Below, piece by piece: positions 30,722 to 40,850 of a DNA stretch of 64,000 nucleotides. Numbering within the stretch: the stretch's first letter is position 1; the number at the start of each line of letters is the position of its first letter. The notes beneath the pieces are model-generated. The model saw only the letters and a program-made list of their open reading frames with translations, had not been told where the DNA came from and did not search any database. The DNA is taken from the NCBI GenBank assembly GCA_963695225.1, contig OY968762.1, forward strand, positions 2,208,001 through 2,272,000. The letters run 5' to 3'. Origin of the DNA: Vulcanimicrobiota bacterium. Its GTDB lineage: Bacteria; Vulcanimicrobiota; Vulcanimicrobiia; Vulcanimicrobiales; Vulcanimicrobiaceae. A program made the translations under genes and the position numbers.

Positions 30722-32161
30722 ATGCTCGATCTGGCCTTGCCGTATGCCGCGGCGCCTTGCTTCGACGAACTCTACGGAGAGGGCGGGATTCCGCGCGAGC
30801 AGTATCGGCGGCTGGCCACGACGCTCGGCGGCCTCCCCGTCGACGACGTTCAGAGCCGCATCCAGTCGATCAACACGACGCTGCTCCAGCGCGGCGTGAC
30901 CTTCACGGTCTACAGCGAATCGGCCGGGACCGAGCGCGTCTTCCCGTTCGACCTGCTCCCGCGGATCCTTACGGCGGGCGAGTGGCTGCGCATCGAGCAG
31001 GGGATCGAGCAGCGCGTCCGCGCGCTCAACGCGTTCCTGCACGATCTCTACCACGGCGAGCGGATCCTGCGCGAAGGGCTCGTCCCGCGCGACCTGATCT
31101 ACTCCTCCCGCAACTATTGCCGCGAGATGATCGGCGTCGACATCGAGCAGGACATCTACATCCACATCTCCGGGATCGACTTGATCCGCAACGAGCAGGG
31201 CGAGTTCGTCGTCCTCGAAGACAACGTCCGCACGCCGTCGGGGATCTCGTACGTGCTGGAGAACCGCGACGTCCTCAAGCGGGATTTCCCCGCGCTCTTC
31301 AGGGGCTACGCGGTCCGCCCGGTCGACGACTATCCGCGCCGCCTGCTCGACGTCCTGCGCTACGTCGCGCCCCGCGGGAATCCTCAACCGAACGTCGTCG
31401 TGCTGACGCCGGGGATCTACAACTCCGCTTACTTCGAGCACGCGATGTTGGCGCGGCGCATGGGCGCGGAGCTCGTCGAGGGGCGCGATCTCATCGTCGT
31501 CGACAACGTCGTCTACCTCAAGACGACGCGCGGCTTGCAGCGGGTCGACGTGATCTACCGCCGGATCGACGATGCGTTCCTCGATCCGCTCTACTTCTTG
31601 CCGCACTCGACGGTCGGCTGCGCCGGGCTCATGAATGCGTACCGTGCGGGGAACGTCACGATCGCGAACGCGATCGGGACGGGCGTCGTCGACGATAAGG
31701 CCGTCTACCCTTACGTCCCGGAGATGATCCGCTTCTATCTGAGCGAGGAACCTTTACTGGACAACGTCCCGACGTTCACCTGCGACGATCCCGTGCAGTT
31801 GCGGCACGTCCTCGCGAATCTCGACAAGCTCGTCGTGAAGAACACGAGCGCTTCCGGCGGGTACGGCATGTTGATGGGTCCATATGCGACGCACCACGAG
31901 CGCGAGGAATTCGCGGCGCGCATCGCCGCCCGGCCGCGCGAGTTCATCGCTCAGCCGGTCATCCAGATTTCCTCCGCGCCGACGTTCGTCGACGGGGCCG
32001 TGGCGCCGCGCCGCGTCGATCTGCGGCCGTTCGCCCTGTACGGCCGGAAGGTCGACGTTCCGCCTGCGGCGCTCACGCGCGTCGCGCTACGCGAGGGTTC
32101 GCTCGTCGTGAACTCCTCGCAGGGCGGCGGCAGCAAAGATACTTGGGTCTTGCAGGAGTAG
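30722..32161 (+). CDS. Circularly permuted type 2 ATP-grasp protein
   Basis: GVTF, PFDLLPR, VLEDNVRTPSGISY, NSAYFEH, VDVIYRRIDD, RVDLRPF, VVNSSQGGGSKDTW. Confidence 0.92.
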   Translation: MLDLALPYAAAPCFDELYGEGGIPREQYRRLATTLGGLPVDDVQSRIQSINTTLLQRGVTFTVYSESAGTERVFPFDLLPRILTAGEWLRIEQGIEQRVRALNAFLHDLYHGERILREGLVPRDLIYSSRNYCREMIGVDIEQDIYIHISGIDLIRNEQGEFVVLEDNVRTPSGISYVLENRDVLKRDFPALFRGYAVRPVDDYPRRLLDVLRYVAPRGNPQPNVVVLTPGIYNSAYFEHAMLARRMGAELVEGRDLIVVDNVVYLKTTRGLQRVDVIYRRIDDAFLDPLYFLPHSTVGCAGLMNAYRAGNVTIANAIGTGVVDDKAVYPYVPEMIRFYLSEEPLLDNVPTFTCDDPVQLRHVLANLDKLVVKNTSASGGYGMLMGPYATHHEREEFAARIAARPREFIAQPVIQISSAPTFVDGAVAPRRVDLRPFALYGRKVDVPPAALTRVALREGSLVVNSSQGGGSKDTWVLQE

Positions 32162-32164
32162 CCG

Positions 32165-33106
32165 GTGCTCAGCCGTGTCGCGGAATCCCTGTTCTGGCTT
32201 GGGCGCAACGTCGAGCGCTCCGAGACCGTCGCGCGCATCCTCGACGTCAACCTCAATCGCGCGATGGATTTCTATTCGACGCGGGACGAGCGGGCCGACC
32301 GCCTTTGGCGGGTCGTGATGCACTGCGCCGGGTTCGTCCCGAACGCGGAATTGCCGGAAGGCATGCTGGCCGCGAACGACGTGCTCGAGTACTGCTGCTT
32401 CAACCTGAAGAACCCAAGCTCGATCCGCTCCTCGATTCGGGTCGCGCGCTCGAACGCGCTCGCGATCCGCTCGGAGCTGACGGTCGAGGTTTGGGAGACG
32501 ATCAACGTGCTGTTCCTCTTCGTCGAGGGGCAGACGATGGAGTCGATATCCCGTGACGGACCCTCGCGTTTCCTGCGGCACGTCCGCGACACGGCACAGG
32601 CGTTCGCAGGCGTTTCCTCGGGGACGCTCACGCACGGCGACCGTTGGCACTTCCTGGTCGCCGGCCGGTTCCTGGAGCGCGCGTACATGACGTCGCGAAT
32701 GATCGCGGCGATCGATCCGCAACACGAGCCGTGGCCGGAGTTGCAGCGCCTGCTCGAGATGTGCTGCGCCTCGGAACCGTTCGCTCAATTCTCGAGCCAC
32801 GATCCCGCGATCGCCGACGTGATGCAGTTCCTGCTGCTCGCGCCGGATTTCCCGCGTTCGCTGCGCTACTGCGTGCGAGAGGTCGACGACGTGCTGCACC
32901 GCATTTCCGAGACGCCGATCGGGACGTTCTCGAACGGCGCGGAGCAGGATTTCGGGCGGATGCGCGCCCTCTTCGATTTCACGCCGGTCGACGAAGTTCT
33001 CGAAGGCGGGATCGCGGGCTTCGCCGAGCAGATCGTCGAGCGCTTGCAACGCCTCACGAGCGCGATCGAGCGCGCGTACTTCCCGCGTCTCTTGGTGGCC
33101 CCGTAA
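32165..33106 (+). CDS. Alpha-E domain protein
   Basis: MLSRVAESLFWLGRNVERSE, ARSNA..IRSEL..EVWETIN, GRFLERA, FPRSL. Confidence 0.92.
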   Translation: MLSRVAESLFWLGRNVERSETVARILDVNLNRAMDFYSTRDERADRLWRVVMHCAGFVPNAELPEGMLAANDVLEYCCFNLKNPSSIRSSIRVARSNALAIRSELTVEVWETINVLFLFVEGQTMESISRDGPSRFLRHVRDTAQAFAGVSSGTLTHGDRWHFLVAGRFLERAYMTSRMIAAIDPQHEPWPELQRLLEMCCASEPFAQFSSHDPAIADVMQFLLLAPDFPRSLRYCVREVDDVLHRISETPIGTFSNGAEQDFGRMRALFDFTPVDEVLEGGIAGFAEQIVERLQRLTSAIERAYFPRLLVAP

Positions 33107-33954
33107 TGGAATACACGATCGTCCACGACACGACGTATTATTACGAAGCGGCGGTCCACGAAAGCTACACCGTCGTGCATTTGCAGCCGACGAGCGACGC
33201 GCACCAATTCTGCACGCGCTTCGATCTCTCGGTCTCGCCGGAGGCCCGCGTTCAGACGTACATCGATCGCTTCGCGAACAACGTGCATCACTTCGCGATC
33301 CTCCCCGCGCACCAGTCGCTCTCGATCCGCGCGCGCTCGGTCGTGACCACGCTGCGCGGCTCGGAGCCGACGCTTCCCGTCGATGCGACCCGCGCGCGGC
33401 TCGCGGAAGACGCGCACGTCGCGCGCCTCTACGACTTCCTGCACGAGACGGAGTTCGTCCAGTTCGGTCCCGAAGTCGACGCGTTCTACGCCGAGATCGG
33501 CGCGGCGCCCGAGGCGATCGGGCCGTGGTGCTTCGAGGTCTGCCACGCGATCAACAAGGGCTTCCGGTACGATACCGCCGCGACGAGCGTGCAGACGAAG
33601 GTCGCCGAAGTGCTCGGGCACCGTTCCGGCGTCTGCCAGGATTTCGCGCACGTCATGATCGCGGTGCTGCGCCGGGCGGGGATCCCGACGAGGTACGTCA
33701 GCGGCTACATCTTCGTCGGTGAGACGCCCGTCCTGGGTGCCGAGGCCTCCCACGCTTGGTGCGAGGCGTACCTGCCCCCGTACGGATGGGTCGGTTTCGA
33801 CCCGACGAACGATCGCTTGATCGACGAGAGCTTCGTGAAGATCGGGATCGGCCGGGATTACCGCGACGTCTGCCCCGTCCGCGGGGTTTACAAGGGCTCG
33901 ACGGTCGGGGCGATGTCCGTGAACGTCGCCATGGACGAACTGCCGAATCAATAA
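33106..33954 (+). CDS. Transglutaminase-like protein (Bact_transglu_N plus core)
   Basis: TAATG coupling to alpha-E; GVCQDFAH, RYVSGY, ASHAW, WVGFDPTN, GRDYRDV. Confidence 0.92.
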   Translation: MEYTIVHDTTYYYEAAVHESYTVVHLQPTSDAHQFCTRFDLSVSPEARVQTYIDRFANNVHHFAILPAHQSLSIRARSVVTTLRGSEPTLPVDATRARLAEDAHVARLYDFLHETEFVQFGPEVDAFYAEIGAAPEAIGPWCFEVCHAINKGFRYDTAATSVQTKVAEVLGHRSGVCQDFAHVMIAVLRRAGIPTRYVSGYIFVGETPVLGAEASHAWCEAYLPPYGWVGFDPTNDRLIDESFVKIGIGRDYRDVCPVRGVYKGSTVGAMSVNVAMDELPNQ

Positions 33955-33979
33955 GGGCGCCCAGGGGCAACCGGGCGCT

Positions 33980-34006
33980 CTAGCAGTGTGTTACGATGAG
34001 TGCCAA
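33980..34006 (+). promoter_or_regulatory. CIRCE-like operator upstream of hsp20-lon with an extended -10 (TGtTACGAT) as its spacer
   Basis: CTAGCAGTG-N9-GAGTGCCAA; right arm identical to the groES CIRCE. Confidence 0.7.
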
Positions 34007-34033
34007 CATGCCGATTCGAGGGGTGCGCCAGCC

Positions 34034-34462
34034 GTGAGCGACGATCTTTTCACGGAGTACGACGCCATGTTCGTCGATCTCGCCAGGCGGGCGCGGAGCG
34101 GCCGCTTCGAGCCGAACTGCGACGTGCACCTCAGCGACGACCGGGCGACGTTGATCGTTACTTTGGAAATCGCCGGCGCCGACCTCGCCGAGTTGCGCAT
34201 CGACGTCGAGGAACGCCACCTCTGCATCGCCGGGCGCCGGAAGGATCGCCAGCGCGGCGCCCGCGGCTCGGTCCTGCTGAAGGAAATCGAGTACGGCGAG
34301 TTCGTCAAGAAGATCCGCCTTCCGATCGCCGTCGATTACGACGCTGCAACCGCGAACTATCGCGACGGTATACTCTCCATCCACCTCCCCGTCTCCCCCA
34401 ACGCTTACCCTCCCAAGCACCGTACCGAGATCCGGATGACGGTCAAAAGGATCCTCACATAA
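34034..34462 (+). CDS. Hsp20/alpha-crystallin family small heat-shock protein
   Basis: PNCDV, LEIAG, IAGRR, EIEYGEF, ANYRDGILSIHLP; GTG start after GAGGGG. Confidence 0.88.
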   Translation: MSDDLFTEYDAMFVDLARRARSGRFEPNCDVHLSDDRATLIVTLEIAGADLAELRIDVEERHLCIAGRRKDRQRGARGSVLLKEIEYGEFVKKIRLPIAVDYDAATANYRDGILSIHLPVSPNAYPPKHRTEIRMTVKRILT

Positions 34463-36927
34463 TGGCTCGAGCCCCCGTCAAAGCGCTGCCGCATCAAGAT
34501 ATCCTCGGCATCTTGCCGCTCCAGGACGCCGTGTTGTTCCCCAACACCGTCATTCCGCTTGCGGTCGTCAAGAAGCCCGGCATCGCGCTCGTCGAGGAGG
34601 CGCTCCGCGACGGGAAGCAGATCGGCCTCGTGGCCCTTCGGGATAAGGATGTCGAGGATCCGGGCGCGGACGACCTGCGCCGCGTCGGCACGATCGGGAC
34701 GATCCAGAAGATGCTCAAGGTCCCCGACGGGACGTTGCGCTGCATCGTCGCGGGCTCCGAAGTCTTCCGCCTCGACGAATTCACCCAGACGACGCCGTAT
34801 TTCGCCGCGACCTACACCGAACTGCCCGACATCACGCGGGAATCGGCCGACCTGACCGCGATGCACCGCAACCTCGCCGGGCTCTTCTCCAAACTGCTCG
34901 GCTACCTGCCGCAAGCGCCGCGCGAGATGGAGATGGAAGTCAACAACATCAACGACTCCAATCTCCTCACGTACTTCATCGCCTCCACGATGCGGTTGGA
35001 GACTGCGGACCGTCAAGCGATCCTCGAGGAGCGGAACACCGAAAAGCGGATGCGCAAGCTGACGGTCCTGCTGACGAAGGAGCTCGAGGTCGTCGAGCTG
35101 GGGCACAAGATCCAGGGCGACATCCAGCGCGAGATGGAGAAGAACCAGCGCGAGTTCTACCTGCGCCAGCAATTGCGGGCGATCCAGGAAGAGCTCGGCG
35201 AGAGCGATCCGCAGCAAGCCGAGACGAACGAACTGCGCAAGAAGATCGAAGAAGCGAAGATGCCGGAGGACGTGCGCAAGGCCGCCGACAGGGAGCTCGA
35301 CCGGCTCTCGAAGGTCCCGACCGCGAGCCCCGAGTACGGCGTGATCCGCACGTACGTCGATTGGCTCGTGCAACTCCCCTGGAGCAAAGAGACGGCCGAT
35401 GCGATCGACATCGCGCGGGCGCGAGAGGTCCTCGACGAAGATCACTACGATCTCGAAAAAGTCAAGGATCGCATCATCGAGTATCTCGCCGTCGGGAAGC
35501 TCAAGAAGAAATTGACGGGGCCGATCCTCTGCTTCGTCGGGCCGCCCGGCGTCGGGAAGACCTCCCTCGGACAGTCCATCGCGCGCGCGATGGGCCGCAA
35601 GTTCGTGCGCCTGTCGGTCGGCGGCGTCCGCGACGAGGCTGAAATCCGCGGGCACCGGCGCACGTACATCGGCGCCATGCCGGGGACGATCATCCGCGCT
35701 CTGCGCGACGCAGGAACGAGGAACCCCGTGATGATGATCGACGAGATCGACAAGGTCGGCAGCGACTTCCGCGGCGACCCGCAATCGGCGCTCCTCGAAG
35801 TCCTCGATCCGGCGCAGAACAACACGTTCCGCGACCACTACCTCGACCTGCCCTTCGATCTCTCTCAAGTGCTGTTCGTCTGCACGGCGAACGACCTTTC
35901 GACGATCAGCCCGCCGTTGCGCGACCGCATGGAGATCATCTCGCTCTCCGGGTACACCGAGCTCGAGAAACTGCAGATCGCCAAACGATACCTACTCAAG
36001 AAACAGCGCCAGGCGAACGGGCTCAAGGATTCGCAGGCGCAGATCAGCGATGCCGCGGTGCGCACGATCATCACCGACTACACGCGCGAAGCCGGCGTAC
36101 GCAACCTGGAACGCGAGATCGGCACGATCTTTCGCAAGGTCGCGCGCCGGATCGCCGAGGAGCCTCGATATAGAGCGCGCGTCAAGCCGGAGACCGTGAA
36201 CGAGTACCTCTCGCGGCCGCGCTTCTTCAACGAAGTCAAGAAGCGCACGGCCTCGGTCGGCGTCGCGACGGGGATGTTCTGGACGCCGGTCGGCGGAGAC
36301 ATCCTGTTCATCGAAACCTCGGCGATGCCGGGGAATGGAAAGCTCGTGCTCACGGGCCAACTCGGCGACGTGATGAAGGAGAGCGCGACCGCGGCCCTTT
36401 CGTTCATCCGCTCGCGCTCGAACGAGCTCGGCTTGCCGGACGACTACTTCGCCAAGCACGATCTGCACATCCATCTCCCGGCCGGCGCGATCCCGAAGGA
36501 CGGGCCTTCCGCCGGGATCGCGCTCGCGACGGCGCTCGTTTCGCTGCTCACGAGCACGAAGGTCGATCACGACGTCGCGATGACGGGCGAGATCACGCTC
36601 ACGGGGCAAGTGCTGCCGATCGGCGGGCTCAAGGAAAAAGTTCTCGGCGCGAAACGAGCGGGCATCAAGAAGATCATCCTGCCGAAACGCAACGAGATCG
36701 ACCTCGACGACATTCCGAAGGAAGTCCGCGACACGATGGAGTTCGTGCCGGTCGAGGAGATCTCCGAAGTGCTCGCGCAGGCGCTCGGCAAGCGGATCAT
36801 CACGCCGGTCGATCTCGGCGGCGAGGACGGCCCGGCGCACGACAACGTCGTCTCGATTCGCCGCCGATCGACGGAGCGCAAGCGCGTCGTGCGGCCGCGC
36901 GCGCCGGTCGCTTCCCGCAAGCGCTAG
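34462..36927 (+). CDS. lon: ATP-dependent protease Lon (LonA)
   Basis: LON N-domain, [46 protein letters not shown] coupling to hsp20. Confidence 0.98.
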   Translation: MARAPVKALPHQDILGILPLQDAVLFPNTVIPLAVVKKPGIALVEEALRDGKQIGLVALRDKDVEDPGADDLRRVGTIGTIQKMLKVPDGTLRCIVAGSEVFRLDEFTQTTPYFAATYTELPDITRESADLTAMHRNLAGLFSKLLGYLPQAPREMEMEVNNINDSNLLTYFIASTMRLETADRQAILEERNTEKRMRKLTVLLTKELEVVELGHKIQGDIQREMEKNQREFYLRQQLRAIQEELGESDPQQAETNELRKKIEEAKMPEDVRKAADRELDRLSKVPTASPEYGVIRTYVDWLVQLPWSKETADAIDIARAREVLDEDHYDLEKVKDRIIEYLAVGKLKKKLTGPILCFVGPPGVGKTSLGQSIARAMGRKFVRLSVGGVRDEAEIRGHRRTYIGAMPGTIIRALRDAGTRNPVMMIDEIDKVGSDFRGDPQSALLEVLDPAQNNTFRDHYLDLPFDLSQVLFVCTANDLSTISPPLRDRMEIISLSGYTELEKLQIAKRYLLKKQRQANGLKDSQAQISDAAVRTIITDYTREAGVRNLEREIGTIFRKVARRIAEEPRYRARVKPETVNEYLSRPRFFNEVKKRTASVGVATGMFWTPVGGDILFIETSAMPGNGKLVLTGQLGDVMKESATAALSFIRSRSNELGLPDDYFAKHDLHIHLPAGAIPKDGPSAGIALATALVSLLTSTKVDHDVAMTGEITLTGQVLPIGGLKEKVLGAKRAGIKKIILPKRNEIDLDDIPKEVRDTMEFVPVEEISEVLAQALGKRIITPVDLGGEDGPAHDNVVSIRRRSTERKRVVRPRAPVASRKR

Positions 36928-36972
36928 GCGCGCACGTTCGCGGCGAGTCGCCGGCGCGAGGCCGGCGCCTCG

Positions 36973-38385
36973 CTAGCGGACGATCGTATTGCGGAATTGC
37001 CAGGGATCGTCGCGATCGATGTCCTCGGGGAAGAGGTCGCCGCGCCCCGTCAGCGGCGTCCAATCGGTGTACGTGCCGACGAGCGTGCCGAGGTACGGCT
37101 CCATGATCCCGAGGATGCGCTCCTCATCGAGATCTTCGGCTTCGACGACGCTGCAGCGGGGATTCTCGATCGCCCATACCATGCCGGCCAGGACGGCGGA
37201 CGTGACTTGCAGGGCCGTCGCGTTCTGATAAGGCGCGAGCCGTCTCGCTTCTTCGATCGGGAGTTGCGAGCCGTACCAATAGGCGTTTTTCGCGTGCCCG
37301 AACACTAGCACGCCGAGTTCGTCGGTCCCCGCTACGATATCGGCGTTGAGCAGATGGGTGCGGGACTGGGGCCGGTAGGCGTTCCCCTGCAGCTCGTGCA
37401 GCGAAAGGATCGCGTCGTCGCACGGGTGATACGCATAGTGACAGGTCGGCCGGTAGACGACTTCGCCGTTTTCACGCGCGGTGAAGTAGTCGGCCAAGCT
37501 GATCGCTTCGTTGTGCGGGATGAGGTAGCCGATCAACGAACCGCTGGGCACCCAGCTGCGCACGCGCGTGCCGGCCCCCGGCCGTGCGAGATAGATTGCC
37601 GCCCCGCTGCCGAAATCGTGCCGGCGCCCCTCCAGGGGGAGCTCTTTCTCATGCGTTCCCCAGCCGAGTTCCGCGGGTTGTAATCCCTCCGCGATGAATC
37701 CTATGACCGACCACGTGTTGATGAACTGGTCCGGTTCCTTGCTCCACTCCGCGCGCTGCGTGTCGCGTTCGGAAATGTGGATGCCCTTGACCCCGAGCGA
37801 GCGTGCAAGGTCGGCCCATTCCTCGCGGGTCGCGGGCCGCTCGGTTCGAACCCCGAGGTCGCGCGCGATGTGCATCAGCGCGCGTTTCACGAAATGGCTC
37901 ACCATTCCGGGATTCGCGCCGTGCGCGATGATCGCAGTAGGATCGACCGCGTCGCGTCGAAGGGCCAGGGCGGATTCTCGCATCGCGTAATTCGAGCGCT
38001 GCGCGATCGAGAGGTGCGGATTCGTGTAGACCCCCGGCCACGGCTCGATGCACGTATCGATATAGAGCGTGCCGAACTCGCGGCACAGCTCGATCAATGC
38101 CAGCGACGAGACTTCTACCGAAACGTTGACGAGGAACCCGCCGGGCCTCAGCAGTGGCGAGAGCTGCTCTCGCAGGGTCTCCGGCGTAAGCGCCGTCTTG
38201 AGAAAACGCACTCCGGCGAATTCGGCGATCGCACGAGCCGAGTCGTCCGGATCGATGATGGTAACGTGCTCGCGAGGCACGTCGATGTGCCGCAGGATGA
38301 GCGGTAAGAGACCTTTTCCGATCGATCCGAATCCGACGAGCACGAGCGGCCCATCGAGCCCAGCGAGGATAGCGGGCTGGTGCAC
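36973..38385 (-). CDS. hss: Homospermidine synthase
   Basis: GFGSIG, LYIDTCIEPW, HGANPGMVSHF, NTWSV, QPAELGWGTHE, YRPTCHYAY, QNATALQV; start uncertain. Confidence 0.9.
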   Translation of the reverse strand: MHQPAILAGLDGPLVLVGFGSIGKGLLPLILRHIDVPREHVTIIDPDDSARAIAEFAGVRFLKTALTPETLREQLSPLLRPGGFLVNVSVEVSSLALIELCREFGTLYIDTCIEPWPGVYTNPHLSIAQRSNYAMRESALALRRDAVDPTAIIAHGANPGMVSHFVKRALMHIARDLGVRTERPATREEWADLARSLGVKGIHISERDTQRAEWSKEPDQFINTWSVIGFIAEGLQPAELGWGTHEKELPLEGRRHDFGSGAAIYLARPGAGTRVRSWVPSGSLIGYLIPHNEAISLADYFTARENGEVVYRPTCHYAYHPCDDAILSLHELQGNAYRPQSRTHLLNADIVAGTDELGVLVFGHAKNAYWYGSQLPIEEARRLAPYQNATALQVTSAVLAGMVWAIENPRCSVVEAEDLDEERILGIMEPYLGTLVGTYTDWTPLTGRGDLFPEDIDRDDPWQFRNTIVR

Positions 38386-38554
38386 GCTGCATCTTGTACT
38401 CTGGATCGCCGGACGAACCTGCCGGGCGCGCGGGGCCCGGATGGACGTAGTCTCGCGCCGTGAGGCCGCGACCGAGGCGGTTGCCTTGCATGCACGCTGC
38501 GGCCGGCGCGCGGGTGGGAAAGGCATTGCCTCGTAGCGTGCCGCAGTTCTCACG

Positions 38555-39484
38555 GTGCCACGCTGGTTGACGGCCGCCGCGATTCTCGCGGCCGTTTATC
38601 TTTTCTGGGGTGCGACAGCCCCCGCAATGCGCTTGCTCGTACAGACGCTTCCTCCGTGGACGGTCGCGGCGCTGCGCTTCTTTTGCGCGGGCGCGATCCT
38701 GTGGGTCTACGCGCGCTTTCGCGGAGCTCCGATGCCGTCGCGGCACGACTGGACGGGTGCGCTCGTGACGGGAACGCTGCAGTTTCCGGCCGGGAACGCG
38801 ATCTTCATGTGGTGCCTGCAGTACATCCCGGCGGGCGTCGGCGCGCTGTTCTTCTCGCTCTCGCCGTTGTGGATGGTGCTGCTCGATTTCTTCATCTCCG
38901 GGCGGAAGTTGGCCCGGCAGGCGGTCGTCGGGCTCGTGCTCGGCTTCGCGGGGATGTTCGTCCTCGTTTGGCCGTGGGGAGCGCTCGGCACGATGCATTG
39001 GCCGCTCGTCCCGACGCTGCTCGGGATTTGGTCGTCGTTCGCCTGGGCGGCCGGCTCCGTCGCGCAGCGGCGTTTCGGCGGAAGCGATCTCGTGCAGGCG
39101 AGCGCGATGCAGATGCTGATCGCATCGGTCATCGTCGAGGGGATGGCGCTCGCGGCCGGGGAACGCCCGTCGCTCGCCGCCGCGGTCTCGCCCGCTAATC
39201 TCGCGGCGTTCGGATTCCTCGTCGTCCTCGGGAGCGTCGTCGGCTACAGTTGCTTCCTGTGGGTGATGCGGCATCTCCCGGTCGCGATCGCGTCGACCTA
39301 CTCGTACGTGAACCCGGTCGTCGCGATCCTCATCGGCGTCGCGGTGCTGCACGAAGCGTTGACGCTGCGGATCGTCCTCGCCGCGGGCGTGATCCTCGCG
39401 GGCGTCGCACTGATGATCTCGGCTCCCCCGCGATCCGGCGCGGGCTCGGTCTTGCGCAGCGTGACGCCGCTCGCCGAGGCCTGA
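38555..39484 (+). CDS. EamA/DMT family transporter
   Basis: YLFWG, RF, about 10 TM segments, SYVNPVVAI. Confidence 0.88.
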   Translation: MPRWLTAAAILAAVYLFWGATAPAMRLLVQTLPPWTVAALRFFCAGAILWVYARFRGAPMPSRHDWTGALVTGTLQFPAGNAIFMWCLQYIPAGVGALFFSLSPLWMVLLDFFISGRKLARQAVVGLVLGFAGMFVLVWPWGALGTMHWPLVPTLLGIWSSFAWAAGSVAQRRFGGSDLVQASAMQMLIASVIVEGMALAAGERPSLAAAVSPANLAAFGFLVVLGSVVGYSCFLWVMRHLPVAIASTYSYVNPVVAILIGVAVLHEALTLRIVLAAGVILAGVALMISAPPRSGAGSVLRSVTPLAEA

Positions 39485-39569
39485 CCGCCGCAGGCCCCTG
39501 CCGGCCGGGGGACTCCCGGCCGCCGGTCTTTAACTCGGAATGCATACCCCGAATCCCAGCGGAGAGAGC

Positions 39570-40745
39570 ATGCCCAAGCAGACCCTGTTCATCCCCGGCC
39601 CCGTCACCTGCGCCCCCGAGGTCCTCGCCGCGATGGCGCGGCCGACGATCAATCATCGCGGCCCCGAGTTCAAGGCGCTCCTCGAGCGGCTCGAGGCCGG
39701 AATGAAGCCGATCTTCGGGACCTCGGGCGACGTCGTGTTCCTGGGAAGCTCGGGGACCGGCGGCCTGGAAGCCGCGGTCGCGAACGCGTTCTCCCCGGGG
39801 CAGAAGGTGCTCTCGTGTCCCGTCGGCGTCTTCGGCAAGCGCCTCGCGAACATCGCGAAGACCTACGGCCTCGAGGTCGAGATTCTCGATACGCCGCTTG
39901 GTTCTGCGCTCGATCCCGCGGCGCTCGCGGCGCGCCTGCGTAACGATCCGCAGCACGAAATCGCGGGGATCCTGCTCACGCACAACGAGACCTCGACGGG
40001 CGTGCAGAACGACATGCGCTCGATCGCCGCGGCGATCTTCGACCACCCGGCGACGATCGTCGTCGACTCGGTGAGCGGCCTCGGCGCCTCGGAGTTCAAG
40101 ATGGACGAGTGGGGCTTCGACGTCGTCGTCACCGCCTCACAGAAGGCGCTCTCCGTCCCGCCGGGCATCGCGATGGTCGCCGTCAGCCCGCGCGGTTGGG
40201 AGCGGATCGCGAACGCGAAGGCGCCGCGCTTCTACTTCGATCTCCAGAAGGGGCGCGAATTCGCGAAATCCGGCGAGACGCCATGGACCCCGCCGCTCTC
40301 CGTGCTCTTCGCGCTCGACGTCGCGCTCGAGCGCTATCACGCCGAAGGTGCGGCGAACGTCTACGCGCGGCACGAGCGCAACGCCCAAGCGATTCGCGCC
40401 GCCGCCGAAGCGCTCGGTCTCACGGTCTTCTCGCAGCCGAACGCGCACTCGGTGACGGTCGTCGCGATGAACGTCCCCGCCGGCATCGACCAGCCCGCAG
40501 TCGGAAAGACGCTGCGCGAGAAGTACGGCATCGTGATCGGCGGCGGGCAGCAGGAGCTCAAGGGCAAGATCTTCCGCATCGGCACGATGGGCGACATCAC
40601 GCAGGCCGACGTCATCGGCGCGCTCGCCGCATTCGAACTCTCGCTCCGCGAGCACGGTTACGAGGCGCCGGCCGGGTCTGCCGCTTCGGCTGCGCTGCAA
40701 GTGTTCGCCTCCGGGAACGCGCGGGAGCCGATTCTCGCGGGATGA
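39570..40745 (+). CDS. Class V aminotransferase (serine-pyruvate/alanine-glyoxylate family)
   Basis: IPGP, HNETSTG, VDSVS, SQKAL PLP lysine, FRIGTMG. Confidence 0.9.
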   Translation: MPKQTLFIPGPVTCAPEVLAAMARPTINHRGPEFKALLERLEAGMKPIFGTSGDVVFLGSSGTGGLEAAVANAFSPGQKVLSCPVGVFGKRLANIAKTYGLEVEILDTPLGSALDPAALAARLRNDPQHEIAGILLTHNETSTGVQNDMRSIAAAIFDHPATIVVDSVSGLGASEFKMDEWGFDVVVTASQKALSVPPGIAMVAVSPRGWERIANAKAPRFYFDLQKGREFAKSGETPWTPPLSVLFALDVALERYHAEGAANVYARHERNAQAIRAAAEALGLTVFSQPNAHSVTVVAMNVPAGIDQPAVGKTLREKYGIVIGGGQQELKGKIFRIGTMGDITQADVIGALAAFELSLREHGYEAPAGSAASAALQVFASGNAREPILAG

Positions 40746-40850
40746 TGCAGCCCTTCGCACGCGGCGTCCCACCCACCGCCGCCTGGTCGCTGCTCGGGCT
40801 GCGCGTTCTATCGGCGCCACCACCGCCCGCCGCCGCTAGCCGTCAGCCGC

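Noticed and set aside
39485..39569. Riboswitch upstream of the class V aminotransferase
   Set aside because: Only a GC hairpin is visible; no glycine or ZTP aptamer consensus recognised
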